Below are positions 14,445 to 27,586 of a stretch of DNA of 64,000 nt, in pieces. This DNA is from Octopus vulgaris (taxonomy: Eukaryota): positions 26,846,001 to 26,910,000 of the forward strand of contig OX597827.1 of the NCBI GenBank assembly GCA_951406725.2. The letters are read 5' to 3'. Within the stretch, counting starts at the first letter, position 1, and each line of letters starts with the position of its first letter. The notes below the pieces were generated by a model that was given only the letters and a program-made list of their open reading frames with translations, did not search any database and was not told the DNA's origin. The translations under genes and the position numbers were made by a program.

Positions 14445-14620
14445 GGCGGTGGTGTGGCGTGGTTGTACGGTATGAAGATTGCTTCTCAATCACATGGTTC
14501 CGGGTTCCGTCCCACTACGTGGCACTTTGGACAAGTGTTATTTTCTCTAGCCTTGGGGTGGGGGGCGACTAAACCCTTGTGAGTGGACTTGGTAAACGGA
14601 AAATGAAACAATCGCATTCC
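14445..14620 (+). mobile_element. SINE family A head
   Basis: CACATGGTTCCGGGTTCCGTCCCACTACGTGGCACTTTGGACAAGTG...CCTTGTGAGTGGACTTGGTAAACGGAAA. Confidence 0.8.
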
Positions 14621-14704
14621 AGACAGACAGATAGATAGGCAGACACAGACAAAGAGACAGAAAGACAGACAAAGAGACAGAAAGAGAGACAAGCAGAAAG
14701 ACAT

Positions 14705-14725
14705 GTAGATAGGTAGGCAGATAGG

Positions 14726-14756
<31 letters not shown>

Positions 14757-14801
14757 GTAGGTAGGTAGGTAGGTAGGTAGGTAGGTAGGTAGATAGGTAG
14801 G

Positions 14802-14852
<51 letters not shown>

Positions 14853-14865
14853 GTAGGTAGGTAGG

Positions 14866-14936
<71 letters not shown>

Positions 14937-14940
14937 GCAG
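14705..14940. repeat. Compound (GATA)n/(GGTA)n microsatellite
   Basis: Directly visible. Confidence 0.95.
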
Positions 14941-15449
14941 ACAGACAGGCGAACACACATTCTCATGCATATTTACATACATACACTCAGTTATACATCG
15001 AAATATTAGACTGACACTTAAAGGATCCGCAACTTTGGTATCAAGACTAGAAACGTACTAACCACCAGTGGCTGCTTTCACATAAGCAGCGACACTGACA
15101 AGATTTATGTTAAACGGAGGGGATGGAAGTTGACATAAGGTCAGTAGGATGATTTCATTGGAACCACAAGGGTTAAACAAGGAGGGGATAATACAAGGGA
15201 CAAATGGGGTCGGGGACTTATCGAATGATATAAATGAATATATTATTATTACGGATGAAGACGAAACAAAAATGAATGGACGCAGAATAGGTTTGACCCC
15301 ACCAACCACATTCCTGCGTTGCATCGTTTAGTTTTGTCCGTTTTTTTTAAACCCGCATAATTTGGTGCTTACATACCCAGCATTCGGGCTACTTTTTTCC
15401 ATCTTCTTTCGTACTTTTTTGCCATCAGGCATTTCTTCTCCAGACATGC

Positions 15450-16560
15450 TTTCCCTCTCAGGTGATATAAAAAGTGGTTAACCAAAGCATGCTCGGAGAC
15501 GAAGGTGCCTGATGCGATACCTCATCCATGCATCTTCCATATCACTTCTTTCGCTACAGCTATTACGGTTAGAAAGCAGAATTTCTCTTTTCCTGTTAGA
15601 GAAGACGGCGGAACGATCTTAATAATCGATTCGGCTGACAGCTGAACTATCCCCAGCTGTGACAGTACGGACAGCCTTTGCTGCATCGAATCACTCAGAC
15701 AACCCTCTACTGAGCAATAACAGAACTAAGTCAATCACGTGTGTACTCAACAGCACAGTAATAACATCACGAGGGTTCTGAGTAGCTTCCCTGAGTGTAT
15801 AGCTAATCCAGGTGAACCAAGATTAACTGGACAAACCTGCTTAAACAGAAGTTGGATTAGTAAACAGTCTGAAACTAATGCGTAGATAGATATCCTGCAA
15901 GCATGAAATTATTAAAGACTTTGGCCGGAAATGTGGTCTCACCGGAACCTGCATCAAGAACTGTTGCATCTCATCTAGAAGGAGAAAACCTTTACTATTC
16001 AACTCTTTGCGATGCTATTTGCAGAACAGAATGGCTCGACGGACAGATTAAAAACACACCGGTTCTTGAATATAGCTATACCACTGAAAAAGGTTCTCCT
16101 AAGGACAGCAACGCGGTGAAAATACAATGGTCCTGATATTTTGTTGAACAAGGAAAAAAAAAAACCTTGCCCTGCTGTCGGGCTCAGCTACCCCGATAGG
16201 AATGCCTAGTTTAGATTAAAATAAAAGAGAACATATATGGTGAACTAACGAAAAGCTTTCAGCAAGCTTATATCCTTGCTATCGATTAACATTTTTGCAC
16301 GAGATTACGCAACCAGAGATTTACATAAAAGCCTTGAAATTCCGGGTGTTTCCAAGAAAGAACACAGTAGACCGATTCGCATCGCCAAAATACAACCGAT
16401 TGGTGTTGCAGTGAATATTTGTAAAGCATTCCAAGAATTCTCCATCTGATTTCTTGGAATGAACTTATGCACACAATGGCCTGTGCATATGCTGCATAAA
16501 GGGTAATGAAAGGCACAATCCACACTTCTGTTCTAAAGAGATATGCACACATATTGCATG
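15450..16560 (+). pseudogene. Decayed non-LTR retrotransposon with restriction-like (REL) endonuclease (R4/Dong- or NeSL-like): ORF C-terminus plus 3'UTR
   Basis: Frameshifted peptides in the expected order: VREDGG (LYxxRxxGGRGL), ASHLEG, TLCDAICR..EY, KYNGPDILLNKEKKKPC..VGLSYPD (HNRPD..E..P; from 16120), IKENIYGEL, LYPCYRLTFL, RDLHKSLEIPGVSKKEHSRPIRIAKIQPIGVAVNICKAFQEFSI-stop (TGA 16447-16449). A weaker RT-like trace may extend back to about 15020. Confidence 0.75.
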
Positions 16561-16619
16561 GGTACTAATTTATCAGCGCATGCAGCAGTGTGCGGGTGTA
16601 TGTGTGCGTGCGCAGACAT

Positions 16620-16733
<114 letters not shown>

Positions 16734-16742
16734 GAGAGAGAA

Positions 16743-16813
16743 ATTGAGTGACTAGAGACAAGTAGATAGATAGATAGATAGATAGATATTGAGTGACTAG
16801 AGACAAGTAGATA
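16743..16813 (+). repeat. 26-bp exact direct repeat flanking a GATA run
   Basis: ATTGAGTGACTAGAGACAAGTAGATA at 16743 and 16788. Confidence 0.85.
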
Positions 16814-16930
16814 CACAGATAGATAGATTGGTAGATAGATAGAAAGACAGAGACAGACTGACAGACAGCCAGATAGATAGACAGCTAGACTGATAGATAG
16901 ATAGATAGACAGACATATAGATAGACAGGC

Positions 16931-16992
<62 letters not shown>

Positions 16993-17342
16993 AGATAGGT
17001 TGGGAGTTTTGAAAGTAAGCGACACAAACTTGATAAGGTCAGTAGTAAGTTGACTAAGATCTGCCAGCAATAATGTGCATCTCATCTCGTTTCACTGCAG
17101 CATTTACTAGCAGTTACACCTGCACTGTTGTTCCACAGGTGAAGTACAGTGAGATAATTAGCATAAACGTCAGAGACTACACTGCATTGTCGACAGCGCC
17201 ATATTGCTTTCCTATTTTCTCTTCTCCATCATTTACTCCTCCCGCACCTCCTTTCAGTTCGCCTCTTCCTTTTTACCTGAACAGCACCTGCGTTTAAGTA
17301 TTAGTGCCTGAGTACAGTGCCTGAGTACACACACACACATAC

Positions 17343-17404
<62 letters not shown>

Positions 17405-17622
17405 CGATAATACTAAGACACATTATAACATTATGTATGTGTGTGTATTGTTACAGATAGGAGATAGACAGACAGATACGCATAAATATATCTTTGTGTG
17501 TGTATGTGTGTGGCGGGAGGGAAGGAGATATAGACAGGAACATATGCATGCCCGTTTATTCCTATATATCTATATATATAGATATACATATATTCATATA
17601 TATATATATACATATATTCATA

Positions 17623-17673
<51 letters not shown>

Positions 17674-18221
17674 GTATCTAAGTATAGATAGAGTGTGAAA
17701 GAGGAAGCGATAGACACAAACAGAGAGAGAGAGAGACAACTAGAAGGCATGCAATTTGGTAAGTACCGAGTGAATTTGAACAAAAGAATAGATTGGCGGA
17801 AATGTAATTTGAAACGTTGAGTGAGAAAAACGTTGAAAAGATTTGTATAGCTTTGTGCTATGGAGTACATATAGGGCTAAAACGTAGATATACTAGAAAC
17901 AATATAATGTCTGCTGTAATAGACTGTAGAATTCGAGGCCTTGTGGTTTCATGTGATACATATACGATCATCAGTGGTGGAAGACCAATATTTTAATCAT
18001 TTTTACTGAATTTAGAGTGGTTCCGTGCTTTGAGAAGATAAAAATGACAGGAACAAGCAGCGTAACCCAAATTAAATTAAATATATTCTTAAAACTCACT
18101 ATCTTCAGGAGAATAAATGTGAAAGGAAATGAATTTTATAAAATGCTCTACTTCATCGCTAAGAAACTATATTTTCTCATCATAGTATATATAGAGTATA
18201 CTATATATTTATATATTCTTC

Positions 18222-18770
18222 ATTTACTTCTTCCAGTCATTTGACTGCGGCCATGCTTTAGTCGAACAAATTGACCCTAGGAGTTGTTCTTTGTAAGCCT
18301 AGTACTTATTATATCATAACCTTTTGCTGAACCGCTAAGTTACGGCGGCGTAAACACAACATCGGTTGTCAAGCGATGGTGGGGGTGGACAAACACAGAC
18401 AGAAACCTATTTATATATATATATATATACACATATCAAAAGGATGTGTCATAATACTATTCCACAGCGACACCAACAATCTAACATACCTCCATCATCA
18501 GCTGCCCCACGGATATCATTACGGTTTCGACATCTGGGCAGTACCATTTAATCCAGCGGTGTCAACAGCACTAAAATAAGTGTTATTTAGGAACAAACAA
18601 ACAAACCCATATACGACGAGCTTCTTTCAGTTTCCGTCTACCAAATCCACTCAAGGCTTTGGTTGACCTGAGGCTATAGCAGAAGTCACATATTCAATAT
18701 GCCACACAGTAGGACTGAACCTAGAACCATGTGATTGGGAAGCAAGCGTCTTCCCACACAAACACTCCTA
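18222..18770 (-). mobile_element. SINE family A, full length, with an insertion of about 160 bp in its internal microsatellite
   Basis: CAGTCATTTGACTGCGGCCATGC...GAACCGCTAAGTTACGG...TTTCAGTTTCCGTCTACCAAATCCACTCAAGGCTTTGG...GAACCATGTG. Confidence 0.85.
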
Positions 18771-18784
18771 TACATGTGTGTCTA

Positions 18785-18827
<43 letters not shown>

Positions 18828-19189
18828 CCAACTAGTACAAGTGACGAAACGTCTTGGTACTTGGCAAGAGGAAGATGGGTGAGTTACTTCAGTTGATTCC
18901 TTCGACTAGAATTCGAGGTAGTGCACCAGTATGGCCGCACTCAAAAGATTGAAACATATTTCCTATGATGCCACTACTAGCGGTACATACACGGTGACCA
19001 CAATCACCAAAGCCAACACAATCACAATGGCACAGAAGTGGCCACAAAATCCAGTCTTTGTTGCAGTATGATGGCTCTTGGGCTTCAATAACTCAGGGTG
19101 CCACGCCATCGGGTAGTAAGTTCTTTGTTGGGGCCTTGCATGCTGGACAAGTCAAAGGGTGTGTTCCAGACTAATATGGACCATCTCTT

Positions 19190-19475
19190 TCCAGCGATAA
19201 AAATGGTTTTGCATTGGGTAAACACTTGTACCAAACATTTACAGAAACCTCAATTGCAATTCAACACCAACGAGTCTGGAGAGATGAAGGACTTCCGTTT
19301 AGGAAACATTCCACAAGGAAGACCCTCAAAATAGATGGTGGCATGATTCTGTAGCAGAGCTGGAAAAGCATGGATCCAACTCGAAAGTCGTAGAGAGGAG
19401 AGTCTTGAGTCGAGAGCATTGGAGAAAAGTCGTTGACGGCCGATGCTCTACAGCTGTGGGTCCCAAAGTGAGCGA
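19190..19475 (+). pseudogene. RTE/RTE-X-type LINE ORF2 C-terminal relic
   Basis: KWFCIG*TL (KWxWIGHTL), GNIPQGRP, NRWWHDSVAELEKHG..VERRVLSREHWRKVVDGRCS (GRPxxTW..EL..G..A..R..WR..V.GLCS). Confidence 0.65.
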
Positions 19476-19799
19476 TACTGCAACCTCTGGGAAAGGGTTG
19501 GATGGAATGATCCCGTGGGGCGTTGAAAAAAGTGGGGTGTTAATGGGGTGGCCATGTAAAAGCAACAAGATAATGGGTTCATTAGGTTAAGTTTTATTTG
19601 TGAAACACAGTTGTTTTGAATTTGCTTCAGAAAGAGGTCTATGTTTGTGGTGGTGGTGGTGGTGAGTGGAGGGGGAGGGGCACTAGGAATGTGGTCTGGA
19701 TGCCAAAGGGACAGTAACCCTAAAAAGTTGGGGAGCCACTGTCCTACATGATGCGAAGGACTTGAGTAAGCATAAAACCTTCCCGTGCCAACGAAGGAG

Positions 19800-19990
19800 C
19801 CTGAAAGTAGCTACACTTTATGCTAAAAATGCCAGCCAATTCTCTCTTAGCTCAAACCTTACAGAACGGCTTGACGAAGTACCCATTGGTTAATGTGATG
19901 TTGTGTGTGATATGAATAAAAAGATGGGGTGGTCACGTCTGGAACACGTTTAATCATTGATCTATTCGAACTGAGTTGACCAGGAGCTAC
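19800..19990 (+). mobile_element. Interspersed repeat family C copy
   Basis: TGCTAAAAATGCCAGCCAATTCTCTC...GGTGGTCACGTCTGGAAC...TTGACCAGGAGCTA. Confidence 0.55.
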
Positions 19991-20962
19991 CAGAATATTA
20001 ACTGAAACTAAGACGTCTTTAATTCCACCACCACCACCACCACTACTACTACTGGTACATACACCACCATTATTTCTACTACCACCACCACTACTGGCAC
20101 CATAGTCACCACACCACAAATAATAGCACCGACACCACCGTTGCCATTACCATCGTCACTACCATCACCTTGATCAACTCTCAGATATTTCTGGTAGATT
20201 CTGGCAGCTCTGAAACAAACAAACAAAAAAATGAAATCTTTAATCTAGAACAGCCACGATCGATCACAAATGTTCTCTCATTATCTTACAATCAACTCTT
20301 CTAGCTCGGTCTGTATATATACATATACATATACACATATATATTTATTGTGTATGTGTGTATGCACACACACACACACACACAAATAAGTATGTAGGTG
20401 TATGTGTGTATTGGTGTATCTATGTATTCATAGATATGGATGTAGTTGCACGTGCCCGTATGTATGTATTTGTGTTTGTGTGTGTGTGTGTGTATGCGTT
20501 TGTGTACCACTTATTCCGCTTTCTATCGCTCTTACCTTGCATCTCTCTCTCACTCTCTCTGTCTCTCTGTCTCTCTCTCTCTCTCTCTCGTTCTTGTTTC
20601 TTCTCCCTCCTTCCATCTCTCTCTCTCCCCTTCACAAATCAATTTGTCATTTTTTATTTAACCTCATTTTCGCTATGTCTAATTCCCGATGCTCTCATTC
20701 TCCTTTTTTAATCATAGATCTATACTTTCACACACACAAACACACATATATACACACACGGATACACACATTCACAAAGAAACGCGCACGCACTCCCACA
20801 GACAAATGCACACATACTTACAAACACATACAACACATATGTTCAGTCATATACACTCACTTATACACATACATACACACAAACGCACTGACACAAACAT
20901 TCAGCCAGACAGACACACAGACACACAGGTACGTGAAAACACGCGAAACTTATGTACACACA

Positions 20963-21003
<41 letters not shown>

Positions 21004-21266
21004 GCAAATGCGTGTGTTTACTTGTATGCGTGTGTATGTATGTGTGTGTTTATTTGTTATTCGCAGAAGTAGCATCAGATTAAAACAGACATCTATGTAT
21101 CATGCTTAATGTAAATACTTCGTTGGAAGTCAATTTACTGCGATATTCATCCAGAGATAGCATCTAATATGGACATGCTATGATTAATCCCCCCCACACA
21201 CACACACATGTATATATATATATATCAGAGGGAAATGAAAATCGTTCCAGCAGCGTGTAGCGAGAG

Positions 21267-21308
21267 CATTCAATGCATTTCGGCAATCTGAACCTCGTCA
21301 GTGGTATG
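21267..21308 (-). ncRNA. Minimal hammerhead ribozyme core, stem I degenerate
   Basis: Minus strand: CTGACGA-GGT[TCAGATT]GCC-GAAA-TGCA-TT; stem III is palindromic. Confidence 0.45.
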
Positions 21309-21474
21309 TACTCACACGCAGCCACATGCTCCGATATAAGAAACGGGGAGTAAAATATTCTCTGATACTGCGAATAACTGCCCGGCTGAATAAAATCCCA
21401 TTTTCTGCAATGGAAATAGTGATAAATCAAAATAACCATCTAGATTTCATAAATATATTGTTCAAAGAAAAATC

Positions 21475-22005
21475 CCGCCAAGGTTAACTTTATTTTTTTT
21501 AACCCGAGAAGGATTAAAAGCAAAGTGCCTATCATATACTGGGGTCGATATAACCAACTAATCCTTTCCCCTAAAATTACTGGACTATTCTTATTTTTAT
21601 GGTGTCAAGCTGGTAGAATCGTTAGCGCGCCTAACTAAATGTTGAGCGGCATTTCATTTGGCTCTTAATGTTCTGATTTCAAATCCTGCTGAGGTTACGT
21701 TTGCCTTTCATTCTTTTGGGGGTCGATAAAATAATGAACCAGCTGGCCCCTCCCTCTAAAAATTGCTGTCCTGTACCAACATTTCAAAAGACAGGCAGTG
21801 TTCTTGTAGAATAGAATGAGCTGTGAGAAGAAATGCTTCGCAGCATTTCATCTGGCTGTTAACGTTCTGATTTCAAATACCACCGAGGTTAACATTGGCT
21901 TTCATACTTTCGAGGTCAAAACAAGTGCCAGCCATGGACGAGGGTCAATGCGAATCGACTAACCCCTTCTTCCTAAAATTTCAGTCCTTGAACCAAAATT
22001 TAAAG
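21475..22005 (+). mobile_element. Three tandem SINE family B copies (about 21475-21590, 21600-21790, 21795-22005)
   Basis: Repeated GCTGGTAGAATCGTTAGC / GTTCTGATTTCAAAT..CCGAGGTT / TTGCCTTTCAT / GGGGTCGATA motifs. Confidence 0.75.
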
Positions 22006-22006
22006 C

Positions 22007-22007
<1 letters not shown>

Positions 22008-22057
<50 letters not shown>

Positions 22058-22551
22058 CATTATTGGGTGAGAGAGCAGTGCATGCCATCAAAGTGACACT
22101 GAAGTAAAATATACAAAGCCCAGTATACCCATCATGACTACCTGTCAGATATGGGTACACCAGACACATGCATCAAAACCATATGTGTGTGGCATGGTGA
22201 TCTCACATCAAGATAAACAGCGCATGACCTTGCAAATGGGGGCCCAGTTAGAATTTTCTTCTGGTCGAGTAACCCATCCGCTCAAAAGGTCCCTGAATAA
22301 GGATTGTTTAAAGATGTTGAACGAAACACCCATGTTTCCAGAGGTGAATTATTCAAATCCCAAATAATCCCTCTCAACACACGGCTATGATGCTCCCCCA
22401 CAACTTCTGCTCGTGATCAGAGATGCACATATCGTCAGCCACTAAGAGACATGCTCAATTGGTTAAGGTCAAACAAATAGACAAAACAATGTACACGATA
22501 ACACTTCCAATCAGTTAAGATCAGATCCATGAGAGCCACTGCCCGGTACTG

Positions 22552-22555
<4 letters not shown>
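22008..22555 (-). mobile_element. Non-coding retroelement of about 0.5 kb with an (AAT)n tail (putative non-autonomous R4/Dong partner)
   Basis: Unique-complexity block between (ATT)n and (CAT)n. Its 3' end recurs at 8290-8415 with an (AAT)n tail. No tRNA-like head and no credible ORF. Confidence 0.7.
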
Positions 22556-22607
<52 letters not shown>

Positions 22608-22617
22608 AGGTAGCAAG

Positions 22618-23060
22618 GTAGCAAGCTGGCAAAATCGTTAGCACGCTGGACGGAATGCTTAGCGGTATTTCGTCTGTGCTACTTTCTGAGTTCAAATTCT
22701 TCCGCGGTCGACTTTCTTTTTCATCCTTTCGGAGTCTATAAAATAAGTACCAGTGAAACACTGGAGTCAATGTAATCGGCTTGTCCCTTCCCCTAAAATT
22801 TCAGGCCTTGTGCCTATATTAAAATGGATTATTATCCTTATTAATAAGGTGCTGAGGTGGCAGAACCGTTAGCACACTGGGCAAAAGCTTAGCGGTATTT
22901 CATCCGTTTTTACGTTCTGAGTTCAAATTCTGCCGTGGTCGACTTTGCCTTTCACCCTTTCTGGGTTGACAAAATAAGTTCCAATTGAATACTGGAGTCG
23001 ATGAGATGGACTTAACCATTCCCTGGGGTTGCTGGCTTGGTATCAAAATATGAAACCATT
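22618..23060 (+). mobile_element. Two tandem SINE family B copies (22618-22830, 22848-23060)
   Basis: GCTGGCAAAATCGTTAGCACGCTGG...TTCTGAGTTCAAATTC...GGTCGACTTT...AAATAAGTACCAGTG; ATT-rich tails. Confidence 0.85.
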
Positions 23061-23653
23061 ATTATCGCTTTTATTAACGGAGATACACGCATATTCTTAC
23101 CACTCTCTAAGCGTAATTCCTAAGTCGTCTTTAACACAGTCTCTGACGCACACTCCTTGGTACATCTATCCAGAAACGCAAAGACACACCGTCACACAAA
23201 CACACATCGTCACTCTAACAGATAAATATGTATGAAAAAAAGAATGTGTATACATATATACAAAAATATACGCATGCATATACACCCGCATACCCCACTA
23301 TTTTTCCGCCTGTCTGTCTCTCTCTCTCTCTATCTCTCTCTCTTTCTTTCCTCTCGTTCATATACATAAGGCTTTTGCCTGTTTTCTTCCCTTTATCTTA
23401 GACTCTTGCGAAATTCTTTTTTTTTTCCGACCGTCCATTGTTCTCGTCCATTTATCTTCATTATCAGAATCTTACATCTGTGAGCGGCTGTAATCTCATT
23501 TTTTTTTCCTATTTAATTTATTCTCTATCGATACAAGTAGAAGTAATATCAGAACTTCATATAAACCCTTCACTTTATAGATACTGCTTCGAGACAAACG
23601 TAGGTGTTTTATCTATTTCCAAATTTAGTCTTCGTGAAGTGTGAGACCAAGCA

Positions 23654-23861
23654 CCGTATTTTCTGGCATACAAGTCCAGTTTTCAGACCAAAATTTGCAA
23701 CCAATAAAAGGGAGGTTGACTTCTACACTAAGGTAATTTTAAAGGACCAAAACCCCACCTGAATTGCAGCAGGATTTGAAAAGAGAATGATGGTGTTTTG
23801 AATGTTTATACTACATGTTTACATTATATAGTGCATCGAATTTATATGTCAAAAAATACGG
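23654..23861. mobile_element. pogo/Tc2-like MITE (about 208 bp)
   Basis: TIRs CCGTATTTTCTGGCATACAAGTC / GAATTTATATGTCAAAAAATACGG; TA on the right, CA on the left (decayed TA TSD). Confidence 0.65.
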
Positions 23862-24479
23862 TAGTTCTATTTTCATTCGTTTCATCAGAATTTAAACCTT
23901 GGTTATTCCTTCTGTCTGTTGGGCTAAATCATCTTTTATTTACATCCGTTTTCAAGAGTGTTGGTTTCACTTCGAAAGACATATAGCTGCTATATTTGTA
24001 TTTCTTTATTTGCGTGAATGCCATTTCGTTGAAACGAGTGTTGGACATTCCGTTTTCGTTTTTTGGCATGTTATATATTTTAGGACTTATTCAAAGTCGT
24101 CTTCACCGACGTCATCATCACCATCACCATCATCATTATCATCAACAACAACGTGAGGTCTATATGTCAACTCTATTTGGAAGTTTTTCAGTGGCCGAAA
24201 TAAAGAGTTGGTTGCATACTTGTCCTGCCTGTACTTTCCCAGTGTAGGAAAAGCTATACTGAAGGGTGCAACGGGGTTGTCTGTTTGAACTCAAGCCCAA
24301 AGCAAGGAGCTGGTATTCTCCTAGACTGCTTGGTAACGTGAAAAATCAGTGCAGTTTAAGCAGTCGTCCAGATTCTTGACAGTGAGATATTAATGACTGA
24401 AGTGATTGAGACGAACGAAGACATTGAAGGGTGGAGCCATTGTTTGCAGTCTCAGCCGTAAGAAATACATATTGGTGCT

Positions 24480-24870
24480 GACGAGACTGGGTGGTAAAAA
24501 GTTTGCTTCCCAAGCACATGGTTCCAGGTTTAATCCCACTGAACTTATTCTATCGGTCTCTTTTGCTAAGCCGCTAGGTGACAGGACATATATAGATATA
24601 TGTGTATGGGTAAGTCTTTGTTTCAGTGTTTGTATTTGTCACTCACCATCGCTTCACAACCGATGCTGGTGTATTTGTGTCCCCGTAACTAAACGGTTCA
24701 GCAAAAGAGACCGATAGAATAAGTACCAGGCTTAACAAAATAGATAAATAAATAAGTAAATAAATAAATAAATAAGCACTGGGATCGATACATTGAACTA
24801 AAATTCTTCAATACGGTGCCCAAGAATGGCCGCAATCAAGTGAGTGACACGCATAAAAATTAAGATAAAA
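24480..24870 (+). mobile_element. SINE family A, rearranged copy
   Basis: GGTAAAAAGTTTGCTTCCCAAGCACATGGTTCC...CCCCGTAACTAAACGGTTCAGCAAAAGAGACCGATAGAATAAGTACCAGG. Confidence 0.75.
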
Positions 24871-25006
24871 AATATCATACTTCCGCCTCTTCTGCTGGGC
24901 ATTGTATTTCAATATAGGGTGGAAAAAGAAGTTATATCAAGTATTGTCATCCATATTTAAGACAATAAAATTAAAATGATCGTTAGTAAAATCAGATCGG
25001 GTGATA

Positions 25007-25520
25007 CAGGTTGAGGCAGGATAACATCCCATGTTTTCGACGGCCATTTATATGACGTTAGTACAGATAAGTAAGTAGTAAGGGGTCATGAAGTTACTAT
25101 GACTTTACTATTTTCTTCGTTTACTAATATGATTTAACCCGATGCAAGCCGAGCGTCTGCAGCTACAACATTTGTCAATTTGTAAAATATTAGGGATCTT
25201 TTTATTGCCCCTTAGATCTATTTTATGTTCTTTCTATGTGTTTAAATTCAGTTTCTACCTGGTGGAAAACGTGCGCTTCAATTTTATTTTGTGACTCAAA
25301 TAAATTCTCACAATTTAGTTTCTAGTAACTAGTTTGGATGAGATATTATTATCAGAGATTCTATATCCGTAACCTGTTAAATAGCTCCGATTTCATCCCA
25401 TCCTGGAGAAACGCCACCGGAAATATCTCTACTTTACAATATCTGAAATCCTATGACATTGTAAGAAACTACTTCCGGAAAAAGTATTTCCATTTTTAGC
25501 ACAATGAGTGTTATCAATGT
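25007..25520 (-). pseudogene. Decayed Tc1/mariner element end (TIR plus transposase C-terminal trace)
   Basis: TA-CAGGTTGAGGCAGGATAAC TIR-like start; minus-strand peptides FLQDG, YGYRIS and RRSACI occur in transposase order. Confidence 0.35.
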
Positions 25521-25715
25521 ATTCCTCATTCTCGCATTGTATGTCTATGTAGACACACATACATACACATACACACACACACGGAAACACACACATGCAC
25601 ACACACGAACATAAACACTGTTTTGCACACACGAGCACACACTGTTTTGCACACACATATACACACATATGCACACACATGCACACATATATGTGTGCAC
25701 ATGCACACACATATG

Positions 25716-25757
<42 letters not shown>

Positions 25758-26086
25758 TGTATAATTTGTCCTTATATATACGTTAAGATGTACAGAATGA
25801 AATATATTACACACACTACAGACACATAAAGAGAAAAAGACGTTCATATTTAAACTTACACTTATATATATACATATATATATATACACACATATATATA
25901 TATAGATGTAAAGACCACTGATACACGTAATGACATTTTTAAATAAAACTTCAATAATTGAAGGCAGCTCTTCCATCATGCTATGAAGTATATTTATTCT
26001 AAATCTTAATGACAAACAATTTACAATGCTTTAGAAGCCATAACAGCGATATGTCACGTGTTTAGAGGTTTCAAGCTTTATGTATA

Positions 26087-26153
<67 letters not shown>

Positions 26154-26269
26154 TCTTTTACAGTTTTTCAAAGATTTCTTAATAATAATAACAATAATAA
26201 TAATACGTTTAAAATTATGGCTATATTTCACACTCTAACACGACACCGACAATTACCAATTTCGATCGT

Positions 26270-26306
<37 letters not shown>

Positions 26307-26674
26307 CTCCTATATAGTTCATGCTTTATTCTGAGAGGGAAGGTAATTAACTCCTCTCAATACGAAAGCTGCAACGCATTCGCTTATAACACGCACACTA
26401 CGTGTATGAGTGCCTGTGTGTGTGTGTTGTGTGTGACTGTGCGAAGGTTTAAATGTATTGATGAATTTATGTACAATTATTTATAGACTTATATGTACAA
26501 ATCTGTACGAACATATATGTGTGTGTGTGAGTATACCAACATGTGTGTATGTACAAGTATTTAAATTTACATTAATGTGTGTAAATATATGGAAATATTT
26601 GAAGGCATATACTTTCAAATGCTCCCACATATATACCTGTTATATATACAAATATATATATGTATACATATATA

Positions 26675-26727
<53 letters not shown>

Positions 26728-27154
26728 ATGTTTATGTTTGTATAAACACGCACATACATCGGCACACGAAGGCATATATTGTTAGTGGTGTGGTTATAAA
26801 TATTAGAATTTATTCCTACTAATAAGACGAAATCTTCAGCAAATATTTAATGTAGAAATTTATAGATTACTGCATGCGGCCACTCAGCTTCGTCACTTTT
26901 GGGTGGGGGAACTAAAAGCTACCTCTTGTTGGAGTTCATAAATTCTAATTGAGAGACATATCCTTTTCTCCATACATTTACTACCTTAGGTAATAACAGG
27001 TAGTGTCCCACCTGCAATTAATTCAAAGTTAAACAGCATTACAGTTGTTGGTAACATATACCTATTGTTCATAAAGTGAAACATTATGGTTAATTTTAAT
27101 AATTAAATTAATATTTTTTATTCTGAAAATTATTATTCATTTCATTAATACATG

Positions 27155-27475
27155 ACTGGTACTTATTTCATCAACCCCCGAAAGGATGAAAAGGAAAGTT
27201 GTCCTCGACAGAATTTGAACTCAGAACGTAGCGGCAGACAAAATACCTATTTCTTTACTACCCACAAGGGGCTAAACACAAAGACGACAAACAAGGACAG
27301 ACAAACGGATTAAGTCGATTATATCGATCCCTGTGCGTAACTGGTACTTATTTAATTGACCCCGAAAGGATGAAAGGCAAAGTCGACCTCGTGGAATTTG
27401 AACTCAGAACGCAACGGCAGAAGAAATACGGCTACGCATTTCGCCCGGCGTGCTAAAGTTTCTGCCAGCTCGCCG
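27155..27475 (-). mobile_element. Dimeric SINE family B
   Basis: Reverse complement of the 44822-45234 structure, including the GTAGTAAAGAAATAGGTATTT junction. Confidence 0.9.
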
Positions 27476-27476
<1 letters not shown>

Positions 27477-27536
<60 letters not shown>

Positions 27537-27586
27537 GAAGAAGAAGAAGAAGAAGAAGAAGAAGAAGAAGAAGAAGAAGAAGAAGA
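27477..27586. repeat. Compound (ATT)n(GAA)n microsatellite
   Basis: Directly visible; source of the poly-L/poly-K ORF. Confidence 0.95.

Noticed and set aside
18824-18860. CCAA...GAAACGTC-TTGG hammerhead-like motif
   Set aside because: The CUGANGA box can only be restored by assuming a 4-nt deletion.
25135-25168. Helitron 3' hairpin/CTAG-like end
   Set aside because: There is no CTAG, and the segment is better explained as part of a minus-strand mariner relic.
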